From: Callorhinchus milii
Taxonomy: Eukaryota
Reading direction: 5' to 3'
Assembly (NCBI RefSeq): GCF_018977255.1
Contig: NW_024704877.1
Location: 62,001-126,000 of the forward strand
Length of the DNA: 64,000 bases
The translations under genes and the position numbers were made by a program. This document shows, piece after piece, positions 40,556 through 52,800 of the stretch. The notes under the pieces are model-generated. The model was not told the origin of the DNA. It worked only from the letters and a program-made list of their open reading frames with translations, and ran no database searches. Within the stretch, counting starts at the first letter, position 1. Each line of letters opens with the position of its first letter.

Positions 40556-40901
40556 GGTTTATGCACAGTGATGTAGTCTGACAGTAACACTGTGTGTGTG
40601 ATGGCACAGTAATGTTTGACCATGTCAGGTAGAGCCACGGGGAACACAAATAGAGTGGATCTCTTCCTGCCCATGTACAGATTTGGCGTTAAACTTTGCG
40701 TTGCAAATTCAGCAATGAATACATCCCCCTCAGAATCAGGTCTCCTTGTGTACTGAGGAGGTTCGCTTGGATACTGACGGTACCAGAATATTAAACCATT
40801 GGTGGAATCAGCAGAGAAGGTTCAGCTCAGGGTTACAGTCTGTACTTCAGTAACAGACATTTCCACCTCTGATGGTTCAACACTGACTCCATCTCCTGTC
40901 C
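40556..40901 (-). pseudogene. TCR V pseudogene (first Cys codon mutated to TGA) with intact 23-RSS
   Basis: GVSVEPSEVEMSVTEVQTVTLS*TFSADSTNGLIFWYRQYP...HYCAIT; RSS CACAGTG-23-GCATAAACC (40556-40594). Confidence 0.85.
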
Positions 40902-41992
40902 CTATAGCCAGAGAAAACATGTTTATCAGTGTCATACAAAGCCCGGAGGTAAATCCACTAATTGTTTTAAGGGTTAGGGAGAAAGACTTAACATCATGCA
41001 CAATAAAAGTGAATGTAACATCGCAAAGGAATTAACAGCGCAAATGTGCTGCCCTGTTAACCACAAAGCACATAGCAACTCAAATTTGCAATCAAAATAT
41101 GTGAAGAGCTTTAAGTTATACTCTATACCGAAAAACATATAAGGACTGTTGTTCCTTCATCTCCAGGATTTATTTTCTATGCTGGGTTGTCAAAAAATCA
41201 GCCTTGTGCTCCAACGTAGGTCAAGTAATACCCATTGATTATCTTGACTTCATCTACTGCAACTAATATAATAGCAATGATTGCATTTGATGGAGTGATT
41301 GTACATTTTCATCTGGAGCGCACACCTGTGTCCTGCAAAAACAGTCGTGAATCAAGAAACAAAACTATTATTTGCCAATTAGTTTTGCAGCGGTCATTAC
41401 CCCAGAAAATAATTTGACAGTCGACCAACAAACGCGTTCCCACGTATTGTAAGAAAAACAGAGGCGCGAGTATGGAGTAAGGAAACTTGACCAACTTTTC
41501 GCACTGCCTGGGATTCGAACTCATGTCCTCTAACTAACCACACGTCTCCACTGACATTAAAATATCACTTTAAAACAACTCGGTGTGAAAATTTATGTCA
41601 CAGCGTTTTAAGTGCCCGCTGTAACAAACAAAAAATTGGATTAGGCATTTTTACTGCAAAATATACAGTCAATTCAATTTAAAGAATAATCTGAGAAGCG
41701 CTTTGAGAAGTCTCAATGACGCGCTGCGACAAAAAGTCAAATGGAAAGATTATTTTATTTGTTATTTTCTTTTTATTGCTGTTACTATTAACATGCGAAA
41801 CTTCCAAAAACATTTATCACAATCTTCTCTCTGTTGTTGAAGAACATCTCAACTATACAGTAAGAAAAGTATCACACATTTTAGCTGACTTGACAAACCT
41901 CAACAAGATGTGAGCTATGGTGGCATTTGGCAGAAGGTTTGTTACACTCTCTGTCGTTAACTGTACTGTTTCCCAGCTTTGGCTGTGATGAG

Positions 41993-42333
41993 GGTTATTG
42001 TACGAGGCTTCTTATGATGTGTATCACTGTGGTGCAGACTGAGTGCACAGTGGTACATAGCGGAGTCTGTCAGCCGCAGTCCGGCGATGGTTAAAACGCT
42101 GATTTTCTTGGCAGTGTCAAGAGATACAGAAATATGATCTCCAGTGGGGTTTCCTCCCTCTCCTGAGGGTTTTCTGTGGAGCAGGTATTTCAGTTCCTCG
42201 CCAGGGGTCTGACGGTACCAGGAGACGCTGAAATCCTGTCCACAGTATCCTGAATATTGGCAATGTAAATTTATCCTCTCACCAGCAAAAGCAGTTTGTT
42301 CAGGCGGTGACTGGGAAACTGTATAGTTGGATC
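41993..42333 (-). CDS. NAR-TCR supporting V-delta 1 (leaderless, CDR1 Cys), open, 23-RSS
   Basis: Exon 42032-42333 reads ...LHCQYSGYCGQDFSVSWYRQ...DSAMYHCALSL; RSS CACAGTG-23-ACAATAACC. No leader was found between it and the upstream J. Confidence 0.9.
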
Positions 42334-44031
42334 CTGCGGGACGCAAATTACGGTTTACTTAGAGTCATGGAATCATTGAATCTTTCAGCACAGAAGGAGA
42401 CCATTCAGCCCATCGTGTCTGTGAAAAGAGCTTTGAAAAGTGCCAACCAATATAATCCCACTCTCTCGCAATGAACACATAGAACTTTATAATTCCTTTT
42501 GATGCATCCAACCAATTCCATACTGAAATTATCTTTCGAATCTGTTTCCACCACCCGTTGAGGCAGCACATTGCATTCAATAGGAATTTTCTATGAAAAT
42601 AAATCCTTCTGCTCTCCCCTCTTGTTCTTTTACCAATTATCATACATTTGGGTTCATTGGTGACTGAACACTTGCCAGTGGAAGCATGTTATCCTTCTCT
42701 TCTCTATCAAAAACACTCACAGCTCTGAACACTTCATCTAAATCTCCCCTAAACCTTCGATGCTCTCAGGAGAAGATTGCCAGATTCTTCATACAAACTA
42801 ATTCCCTCTGTCTTGGTATCATTTTGCTAAATGTCCTTTGCACCCTGTCCATGGCCTTCACGCATGTGTCCGTGAAAGGTACAAAGAAAAATGAAGGGAT
42901 TAATGTTACATCAACAGTGGAAGGAGCAATGGAATGTATTGAAATAGGCATTTCTTGTCGCTGAGCCATGTTTTATTGCAGACGCAAACCTTATTTCTAT
43001 GACTGTATACCATTGATATGATCTCTCATAAATGAACCGTTTAATTGAGGATTGTTTCTCTAATCTTATATTTGTTTGCTGTTGCGGTTTGTCGACATTG
43101 AGGCTTTGAGTGTCTGCGATCATGGGAATGTTTAGCAGAGAATCAGGTGTCAGGTTGTACCGTTAACTTCAGCGCGTTTACAGTGGAAGCACATGGAAAG
43201 TTTCTCTGCTGTAAATATCATTACTTTAACATCGCTGCTGGAGGAGATTTATTCTCTGGTTTGTTGCCAATATCAGTTTCTCTCTCAGTCTGTGAACTGT
43301 TCATTGCAGTTTCACTTGTGCCAGAAGCAAAGTGCTTTCTCTCTCTCTTTATGTGTTGCTTNNNNNNNNNNNNNNNNNNNNNNNNNNNNNNNNNNNNNNN
43401 NNNNNNNNNNNNNNNNNNNNNNNNNNNNNNNNNNNNNNNNNNNNNNNNNNNNNNNNNNNNNNNNNNNNNNNNNNNNNNNNNNNNNNNNNNNNNNNNNNNN
43501 NNNNNNNNNNNNNNNNNNNNNNNNNNNNNNNNNNNNNTCTTTCTTTCTGTCCCTCTTTCTGTCTAATTCTTTTTTCATTCTTTCTTCAAATGTCATGGCT
43601 TACATTTTCGCAACATGCAGTGTTTCTGCAGGCTTGCATATTGACTTGCTTGTTGGTGTAGAATAAAGCAGAATTACCTCGGATCTCTCAGCGAATATGG
43701 AGAGAGGAAAGTGTGTTAACGTTTCAGGTCGATGAACTTGATTCAGAAATTTATACCCCACTTTTCGGGAGAACAGAGGAGGTTATTGATGATAACACAT
43801 CATTTTACCCAGTTCAAGCACAAATTCATTACCCAATTAATATCAATTTACTCTGGTCATGTTCCTTTGGAACTACTATGCAATCCAAATCAGTGACTTT
43901 CAAAACATGGAAATAAAATTTGGTCATTTGAGAAACAAACCTTGATGTAGTATTCGGTTAGAATAATGTTTTTTGACAAACTCACGTAAATAAACTTTTA
44001 TGTTAGTTCGTTAGAAATATTTCGCACTTAC

Positions 44032-44126
44032 TTTTCGTTACAGTTACTTTGGTTCCTGAACCATCTTCTGTATATTCCTTATAATAGCACAGTAACACAG
44101 CTCTGACTCTACAAGGTGCAAAAACT
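44032..44126 (-). other. NAR-TCR J segment 1 with 5' 23-RSS
   Basis: J 44032-44087 reads YYKEYTEDGSGTKVTVTK with a phase-1 GTAAG donor; RSS AGTTTTTGC-23-TACTGTG (44088-44126). Confidence 0.9.
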
Positions 44127-44440
44127 GTTCCATCGAATCATGATTTAATCCTGGCACCAAAACAAGCAAATGCAGACAAATTGTTAATAAATTCCTATAC
44201 TTATACCACAGTCCCATTTGTATAATATTCGTTTGTCCAAATCGTGCGTATTTTCAGTAAGTTTTCCACATAAACACAGTCAAAGCGCAAAGACCGAAGA
44301 ACATCTTTCTGCAAATAATTCTACAAAATATGTGGAAATAATTAATATTGAAAGCTAACTTTCGATACTTTCTGGAGCACAAAACAGGACAATGTTAGCA
44401 ATGATCACGTCTCATGTATTTCCGTGAAAATTAGCAGTGC

Positions 44441-44511
44441 GGTAATTGTGATGATCTTTTCCAATGTGGGTTCCCAAGCCAAGCACGTTGTTTTATGTCA
44501 ACACAAAAACA
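44441..44511 (-). other. NAR-TCR D segment flanked by 12/12 RSSs
   Basis: TGTTTTTGT-12-CAACGTG, D = CTTGGCTTGGGAACC (44469-44483), CACATTG-12-ACAATTACC. Confidence 0.82.
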
Positions 44512-44835
44512 CCGGTTCGCAAAACAATTCAAATGAGTTCTGCCATTTACAAATGGTCAATTAATCACATAACGTGTAAAATTCTTTTGAGTATTTTCTC
44601 AATAAATTTGCATGCCGTCTGTCCCTTGCAATAATTTATAAGGTATATGAATCCAAACAACGTATTAACTTCAGATTGATACACACTCACTTTTCCTAAG
44701 TATTCATAACTGACAGTCGCTGCTTAAAGGAAGTATTCTTAAACATAGCTGCACATCACACACGAATGAGGAACATGCACTGAACTCATCGGCAATTTCA
44801 CATTCTCTGTGTTTTTCCTGTGAGTTGGTGACGGA

Positions 44836-45590
44836 GCTTTTTGTATTGTTGGAAGCCCAGATACGGCATTGTGGTATCCCAGTTATATCGAGCTCTACAG
44901 TAATAATCAGCGCTGTCTTCAACTTGCAAGGCATTAATTTCCAGAGAACAGGACCACGATCCCTTGTCTGTCTTCACAACAAACCGTCCTTCACGAGGAA
45001 TGGGCTTCCAATTTCTTTCATTTGGAAACCGCCTATAAAACTCCATACTTTTGAATACGATTTGATAACTTGCTGAGAAGACACAGTTGATGGTTAGAGA
45101 CTCGCATTCTTCTCTTCTAATAGAGGATGGCGTCTGTGTTACTGATGCGCTGAAAACATCTGAGAAATTTTACACAATATGACATCCGTTTAGCAGATAT
45201 TCAACATTGACCACTTCTATTACAATTCCAGTGCAAGATTTGGCTTTATCTCCCTTGATATCAGTTTACATAGTATACTCGGGATTATGTAGTATCATTA
45301 TTATATTAATGAATTCATATGATTATAATATATAATGAAATTAAAGTAAAATAATTGCCTGGCGCGTTTCGCCCACAAAATACTAAGTTATTTCAGTACA
45401 CAAACTATTATTTGAAGCGATTTGAGACGTCCCATCCACATCATAACACTATACAACAATGACAAGGATTATTTATATAGTGTAACTATAGTACTGATGA
45501 CATTCATTGGTGCTGCGAAGTGCTGTGTTATGGAAACAACCACTTACATTGTAAGAAGAGGAAGGAGATGGAGATCCAGAGGAGAGACAT
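44836..45590 (-). CDS. NAR-TCR V segment (IgNAR-like V) with leader and RSS, intact
   Basis: Leader 45548-45590 reads MSLLWISISFLFLQ with a GTAAGT donor. V exon 44874-45159 reads SVTQTPSSIRREECESLTINCVF...GRFVVKTDKGSWSCSLEINALQVEDSADYYCRARY, with a short NAR-like C'-C'' region and an FR1 Cys. RSS is CACAATG-22-ACAAAAAGC. Confidence 0.9.
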
Positions 45591-48500
45591 CCTCTCAGCG
45601 CTGGGAGATACCGTCAGCCCAGGACACCTCAGAGTGACTGTGAGTAACACAGAGCTGTTCTGTAAGAGTGTTGGAGACTTGGTTTATTTGTGATGAACAG
45701 CGTCACATCATGGCTGGTGTCAGCGGCTTTGAGGGGTGGGCGGGGGGTGGTTTGGGGGTGGAGGGGAAGAACATACCTGAGGATAGGGTCTGACTGACTG
45801 CGCCCGAGAGCAGTGGGCAGAGAGGGCCACTTGGAGATGACTGTTCGAGGCTCATTTAAGTTTAACTGGACCCTTGACGTGGAAGCCAACGGGAGGGAAT
45901 ATAAACTGACAATGTGAATGGGACAAAGACTGTGTGATGGAGAGACGGACTGTACTGAGAATTGGGAAATTGACATAAAGAAACTACTTACACACCTTTG
46001 ACTTGGAGTGAGTCCTGTTACAGTGACCAGCAGCAGGACGGCGAAGCCGGTCAAAGCAGCAGGGAGTTAGTGAGACATCGGTGATGATGGGTAAGAAGGA
46101 GGAGGGAGAAATTGGGGTAAAGGAGTATGTGGTGCGGTGGTTAGATAAGCCGTCGGGATAGAGGGGGTGACAAAGAGATGAAAGGCTGCCGGGGGACATG
46201 GAGGAGTAAGAGAAGCAGTGCATATGACGTTTATTTTTCAGCATATCAGGTGAAGCGGTTTATTACGTTTTATCGACATGGTAGTGACTGTATCAAACAA
46301 AAGCATTATTTTTAATCCCTGTCTCGGCCTTTCTGTCGGTCAATCTGTCTGTCTGTCTGTCTGTGTATTGTGTGTCTGTCTTCTGTGTGTCTCTCTTTCA
46401 CACATGTCATTGGCTTTGAGCATTGAGATGTCTTAAAGGCTCTGAGGTGGAGCTGATCACTTGTGGAATCAGAAGTTTGGAATTATTTTTTGTCTTTAAC
46501 GATGGTTTGGGAGGAGATAGCAGTTTACTGCTGTGGGTGAGGAAGAGGCGATAGATTTGATCAGGTTGGAGCCCGTTTAATTCTCATAATCCTAATAATC
46601 GTTACATTTTCTATGGATCCTTATCACGTTCCAAGCGATTCAGAGATATGCTGAAGAGTCGATCGATTTTATATTTTGTTGGAAAAATGGATCAGCCCAA
46701 TGCATACAAGGTGTCGTAGATTGAATGACCGAATTAATACTTTACTTACGATTTATTTACTGTTTAAAAACAAACACAATAGATTTATTTTATATTTCAA
46801 ATAAAAAAAGTATTTAGTTATCCTCCAATCGACAAACATGTGGGTTCCTACTTACTGTTAGTGAAACAAAGACACATTTGAAGCAAGGAAAATTGGAAAA
46901 GGTTTTTCCCCACTCGGGAATCGAACCCATGCTCTCTCGCTTGCGGCACTATTGCTCTAATTACTAACCCAAAGGACTCCAAATTTTCTGCAGGTCTAAG
47001 CACCATTGAGGTTTCCTGCTGATAAGGAAGCGACTGTATAACAGTCAGTTTTATTGCATTGCTATATGGTGACAACTAATGGCATTGCAAGCTTATGACA
47101 GTGTATGTTTTGTGTTGGTATCAGTTTATTTATGAAACGTGCACTTTGTTTTAGAATTACCCGGGTGTCCATTGGACACAGGACAAGTCATACAACATTA
47201 ATATTAATATTCCACTAAGATAAAGACATTCCACCTCAACTCCATCCTCTTCAACCCAACCATTTAAGACAGCTTTCCTCCACGGACGACCACCCCCACA
47301 GCTCCCACCTCAATTCAACTCAAGCTCGGATTCAAGTAAGACCTCTCTGGCGTCTTCGGACGTTATCCTAAAATTCAACATTCCGAGTCGCAGTCCAACA
47401 TGAAGAGCGTAACGGAAATGCAATTTTTTGTGGTTGTTGTTGAAATGAAAGGCGCATTATAAATGTGACTTTGTCTTAATGCGAAGTGAAGTGACTGTGC
47501 ATACATAGGGGAGCTTGACAGCCAAATTATGATAAGCGAGTTTGTAGAAATAGCTGTGAAGTGAATCAATAACAACATTAACAACAACAAATTACATTTC
47601 TATAGATACTCGCACGACGGAAATTCGTCCCAGGACGCTGGAGAGTCAGGGTTTTTTAATCACGAGCTTCAAGTTGGGGTGAGGATGGGTGAAGGGCAAG
47701 AGAGTTTGGATGGGAGTATGGATGAAGGATGTTCGAAGGGACATGTCTTACCTGGGACTTGAAAGAGTCAGGAGATGTGGTGAGGTGGAGGATTTGCGGG
47801 ATAGAGTTCCAGAGGTTGGGGCAGAGATGCTGACTGGTGACTGACAATGTTGTCTTTCATTTAATAAACCATTTAATCCAATCCAATGCTGGTTCGCAAC
47901 ATGGGGCTCGTTAATGTGTATGTACATGCGTATGATATTAGTTATTACCTCATATTAATTGATGTGAGACAATAATCCTAATATATTTTCTAACTTACCT
48001 CTGAATGTCGACACACTTTCCTCAGTTTGACTCTATGATACGATGAGCAAAGTGTATGTAAATCCAATCATCAATTTGACGAAAGTAAATACCAAGTTAT
48101 TTAAACATGTGCACATAACTTTCAAGGATAGAATCAAATTTCTTGCTAGCGTTAATATGGATTAATTCCAACAGGATTCTATCTTAATTTTCATTTCTGG
48201 AACCAAGAAGCAAATAAAAATTGCATCATTATCATTTTTATTATTTTATCATTCTAAAGTTAGAAGCGCTACGCTTCGTTGATCAGTTGAGAAAATTGAA
48301 TTGCAGGCCCCACCATAGACGTCAGCAAGTAATGCGTTTTCAATGAAAAAATTACAGTTACCAAAGCTTTACTTTCATTTCTACACTTAATAAATAGATC
48401 ATAAAATTACATTTGATAATTTTGAGTGTCACAATTACCTGCAATGATGATTTTGTTTTTTTTTTTTCTCAAACGCTGTTGTTCTAATAATAATCGTTGC

Positions 48501-48789
48501 AGTTGGTATTTCGATAATAATTTTGTCATATTACTCCTTTATTGTTTGCGGGAGTCTGTTGTAAGGAATCGGCTGCCATGTTTCGCCCACAAAATGCACG
48601 GTAAGTAACATTTACAGCATATTTTGTGAAGCACTTTGTGACGTCTCGAAGACGAGAAAAGTTCTACAGATTATTTTTATTTCTTTCACTCTTTACTTAC
48701 ATGAACAACTGTTTAATTTTCACTTTAGTTTGGAAATCAGTCACGTGATTCCTGTGAGAAATACTGCAGCAATGTCGAAGTTTATTAAA

Positions 48790-48885
48790 TAGGTCAACTG
48801 TCAGAACTAATATCTGTGCTCATATGAAATTCTCTCTCTCATTTTCAGCGGTTTATGTACAGTCTGACAGAAACACATTATGGAA
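48790..48885 (-). pseudogene. Orphan RSS/flank relic of the VSVKPS V family (V exon deleted)
   Basis: The aaataggtcaactgtcag flank and ggtttatgt nonamer are shared with the 36.7, 40.6 and 58.7 kb copies. Confidence 0.55.
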
Positions 48886-49272
48886 TAATAATGCCAATAA
48901 TTATCCTTGCATTTGATACAGCGCCTTATCACGTCTTTCAGACATCCCAAAGAAAATCACAGAATATGATGTAAAGTGAATTCATTGCATCTTTTGTGGA
49001 TGGTACGTGGCAGCCAATTTAGCTCGGCGACGATCAAAAACGTGTCATGGATTGAGTGACCAAATTAATATTATTTATTGAAGGGTTTATTATCCCCACA
49101 AAAACAAACTGCCAATCGACTAAGAACACGTCATTTCTTGCTGCTCAGCAAACCGAGGTGGGTAGAGTGATGAAACGTGCCCACAATTTTCCCCGGATGG
49201 GAATCAAACAGAAGTCTTTCCCTTTCGAGGCAAGTGCTCTTACCACTGAGCTAAAAGGCTCCACGTTGGCTC

Positions 49273-50014
49273 GGTTTTTGTACAGGGAAGTCATTGCCAT
49301 GCAGCACTGTGCTTGATGTTAAGCCGCAATAATATGTGGCAGCGTCAGTGATAACGACGCTGCGTATTATTAAAGTGGTTTGTCTCTGATTCTCGTCAAG
49401 CCTTGAAGAAAAACGACGTGCGGCGAAATCTGCAGTGTTGCTTCCTCCAGCAGTATCGCTGTAGAGAACGTATTGGGGAGCGAGACCTGGTTGATGTCTG
49501 TACCAGTCCAGAGCAGCATAGGACGAGCTGGTGGTATATGAGCAGCTCAGACTCACTGTGTCTCCCTCTTGTTTGGTCAGCCCCGCTGTCTGCTGCCTGA
49601 CTGAATCTCCCAGTACCACATCTGCAACGAGAGGTATAAGATAAACATCAAGTCCTGTAGCTCAGTGCTTAGTGAACTCGCCTCGCAAGCGAGAGGATTT
49701 GGGATCTTTTCACTTACAGGACAGGACGGAATCTTAAGCAAGTTTCCTTGTGCAATTGCCAATCGCGTTTCGCTCAACAGACATCTCGTTTAGGTTAACG
49801 CGTTTTATCAAATACAAGATTTGCTGTCACTAACTTTTCATTTCTAACATTTCAAGTCCCAACCCCAGCTCGGGTGACCAGCCCGGACTGCCAAACACAA
49901 TGAGCCGTTCTCCAGATATAAAACCTCTATATCCATGTTACTCCCTATTGTACATTTCACAGCCTCACCTGCCATAAAGCTTAATAGGAGAAGTTAGTCG
50001 ACGAATAGCCGCAT
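49273..50014 (-). pseudogene. TCR V with open V exon and consensus 23-RSS but a nonsense codon in the leader
   Basis: V exon 49312-49621 reads DSVRQQ...LSCSYTT...WYRHQPG...DAATYYCGLTS; RSS CACAGTG-23-ACAAAAACC. Leader 49969-50014 reads MRLFVD*LLLLSFMA (TAA at 49994-49996). Confidence 0.85.
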
Positions 50015-51184
50015 TGTCGCTCTTCTGTAAGAAGCCTTTACCCTCAATGTTTGATGATAGAAAGTGATTGTCGATGGTGACGGGTTTGAACATCACATCC
50101 GTGACCCAACATCAGTGATTGATTGACAAGCTCACCCTGTGACCTTGTTAGGCTGTTAAATATGGGCGTTGCGCTACACTCATTTACATGTTCATTAATT
50201 TCAAAGCCAGCCCCAAACGATGTCAAATCTGCTGTGGGTAAAACTTTGTTGAGAATAAGTCATGCATTTGCTAATTCACCGTTGTGACATCAATTACAAC
50301 AATAAAATGCTGTAAGTAGCGTCATTCACATTGGGAGGAAGTACCAAGTCGCTGCACAAAGTGTTTGTCCTCGAGATTAGAGAGGGGAGAGAGTATGGTG
50401 GGTGGAGGAGGGATGATCACTAAAGACTCGGTTGAGAAGGATGGTCTTCAGACGGGCCTTGAATGAGGCAAAGGGACACCAACGTTTTACTAGTTGTTAA
50501 AGATCCTCTTCCAACGTCAGATGCTACCACGGTCTCTGCCTCCGAACCTCAGCGACCTCCACAAACACTGCAATCAATACGCTATGAATACTAAATCTTC
50601 CAGGACTGTCACTTGGATCTGTTAGGATATCGCTACTCGTTTCGAGTCGTTCCTAGGGATATTTATCACTCACTTAACAGTCATGGATTGAGTCGCCAAC
50701 ACTATTTTTGAAGGAATTATTATTCCAACGGAAAAGCGATTCACCGATTGATTTACACCCGGGTTGTTTACCGCTGCGAGGTAAACAGCGGTCTGTGTTT
50801 GGAGTGAGGCAACTTGCCTAAGGTTTCACCAGGACCGGAATTGAACCAGGTTCCTCCAGTTTGTCAGACGATTGCTGTTCCCATTCAGCCACACGGCTCC
50901 ATGTAAATTAAACAAAAGAAACATGATTTGCTTTTATTTTATTTGCAAACTGAAGTAAACTAACAACAACTGGGCCTGTAACGCCTAACTAGTTCACTAA
51001 CGGTTGTCTGCATTTACTGTGACAGATAATGTTGTGAACGTTTAGCTGACAAGCTGATGTCAGGTGAATGTGGTTTCCTTTGAGTCTGGAGACTGAAATG
51101 TCTGCTCTCCGCAGGGCCTCAAGGCCAGACCAAGTTTCCGCACAAACTTCAACAGACAGATCGTCCCTATGTAAAAGTGAAGGT

Positions 51185-51535
51185 AGTTTTTGTCCGAGAT
51201 TTGCAGGGCTGTCAATCACTGTGGTGAGACTCAAAGCACAGTGATACACAGCGCTGTCAGACACCACCAGCACAGACATAGAGAAACTGGTGGATGAATT
51301 GGATTCCCGTAGCTGTGCAGAGAAACGATTTTCAGTTCCTGTTCCTTGGTATTGATTGTCATCCCCAGAATAGCTCGCAACGAAAAACTCTGGCTGCTTC
51401 TCTGGGTAATGTCGGTAAAGTAGAGATGGTAATACCTATCAGTAGTGGAATAGGTACACTGAAAAGTCACAGTTTCTCCTTCTGTCCTAATCATCGGGGC
51501 AGCATTCTGACTAACAGAGGCCCCAACAGAGTGAT
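51185..51535 (-). pseudogene. TCR V pseudogene (frameshift at WYR, acceptor CCG), paralog of the 38.4 and 55.2 kb V segments
   Basis: SVSQNAAPMIRTEGETVTFQCTYS...frameshift...DSAVYHCALSL; RSS CACAGTG-23-ACAAAAACT (51185-51223). Confidence 0.88.
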
Positions 51536-52569
51536 CGGTAATAAACATGAAAACGTACGATAATTTATTATTCACTCTTTGCCTGAGTTGTTTTTTCATC
51601 GCCTGGGGACGTCCTCCCAACGAAAAAGGTGCTATAGAAGCGCCCATTGTGAGTAATGATGTAATAATAATTTTAAATTTTAATTTTGAATAACATCTGA
51701 GGTTGTCATTGATACGCATCAACGTGCTTCACAGAAGAAATTGTGAAGCGGAGTGCTCTGTATTTTTGCGGGCCAAAAGCGGCAAACAATTATGCATAGC
51801 AGGAACCCAAGAAGAATCGTGGAGGGTGTAACAAACTACAACTTGAAAAAAATGTAACGTATTATTGCCCCTGAAAAAGAGATGCGCCAAAGCTCTAAAA
51901 ACATTTGAGTAGAGAAATGAGAGAGAGCCACAGTCTCACGTCACCTCATTGGCACCTCAGCCGCGTTTCAAAAATGCCAACCAATTACCTATATACATTG
52001 CCTTTCACCTGTCACTGGGTGTAGGGAATCCTCCCACTCAGCTCTTGTTAAGTGGGCAAGATAAAGTACTAACGAGAAAGAGGATGATAGCTGGACAAAC
52101 AGCGGTAAAGCTTACTAGTCAGAGATGTCAATTGCAAGCTATGTAGTTTTAACTCATTGGACTCGAGTAGATAGCCATCACACACTCAGAGATCCCCAAT
52201 CCTTGGCTCTTCCCACCCACCAAATAATATTCTCCGGAATTAGTGAAGCAGGATGTGTCCTTCCAGGCAGAGAGAGTGCATTCCATTCCGAGAACCAATC
52301 TCTGACATTTCCAAGTATAGGTAGGATAAATGGAAATCTCATCTTGGTTTGGAGATTGTTAAACATGGTGAATGGTATAGGCATTTGCTGACCTCCCCAA
52401 AAGAAAACACATAATAATTGTGCAATGTCACCATTTTAGTTGACAAAAAGCTTTAGCATCATGACTTGGTAAATAATAGTAACTTGTCGCCCTCTAGTCT
52501 CCACAGAGCCAAAGTTCAACTCTGCTTTCATATTCGATGCCAAACTTGAAGTAAAGCAATGATTGTAGT

Positions 52570-52800
52570 AATAATGTGTTGTGGTTCCCAGTGGCTTATA
52601 TCACCTGAGACTCAGGTTACAGTAATACACACCGCTGGCAGTAACTGTGAGGCCACAGATACTGAACGCCCCCTCCCACACACTGAATCGTCACCCCACA
52701 ATTATGTTGAGCTGTTCTGAGCCCGAAAGGGCAATTTGTCAGTGTAATAGTTCACACTGCAATCCTGAATTGAGCCAGAATTGCCACTGGCAATTGTACA
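52570..52800 (-). pseudogene. Relic V 3' end with degenerate RSS (family copy 2)
   Basis: FSICGLTVTASGVYYCNLSL followed by CAGGTG-~22-ACACATTAT. Confidence 0.7.

Noticed and set aside
45629-46054. ORF starting MTGFAVLLLVTVTG as NAR V leader
   Set aside because: It starts at TTG and has no suitable donor; a canonical ATG leader with GTAAGT exists at 45548-45590.
47995-48071. Strong minus-strand donor preceded by a hydrophobic MIGFTYTLLIVS stretch
   Set aside because: In-frame TAG and no associated V exon; cannot be supported as a leader.
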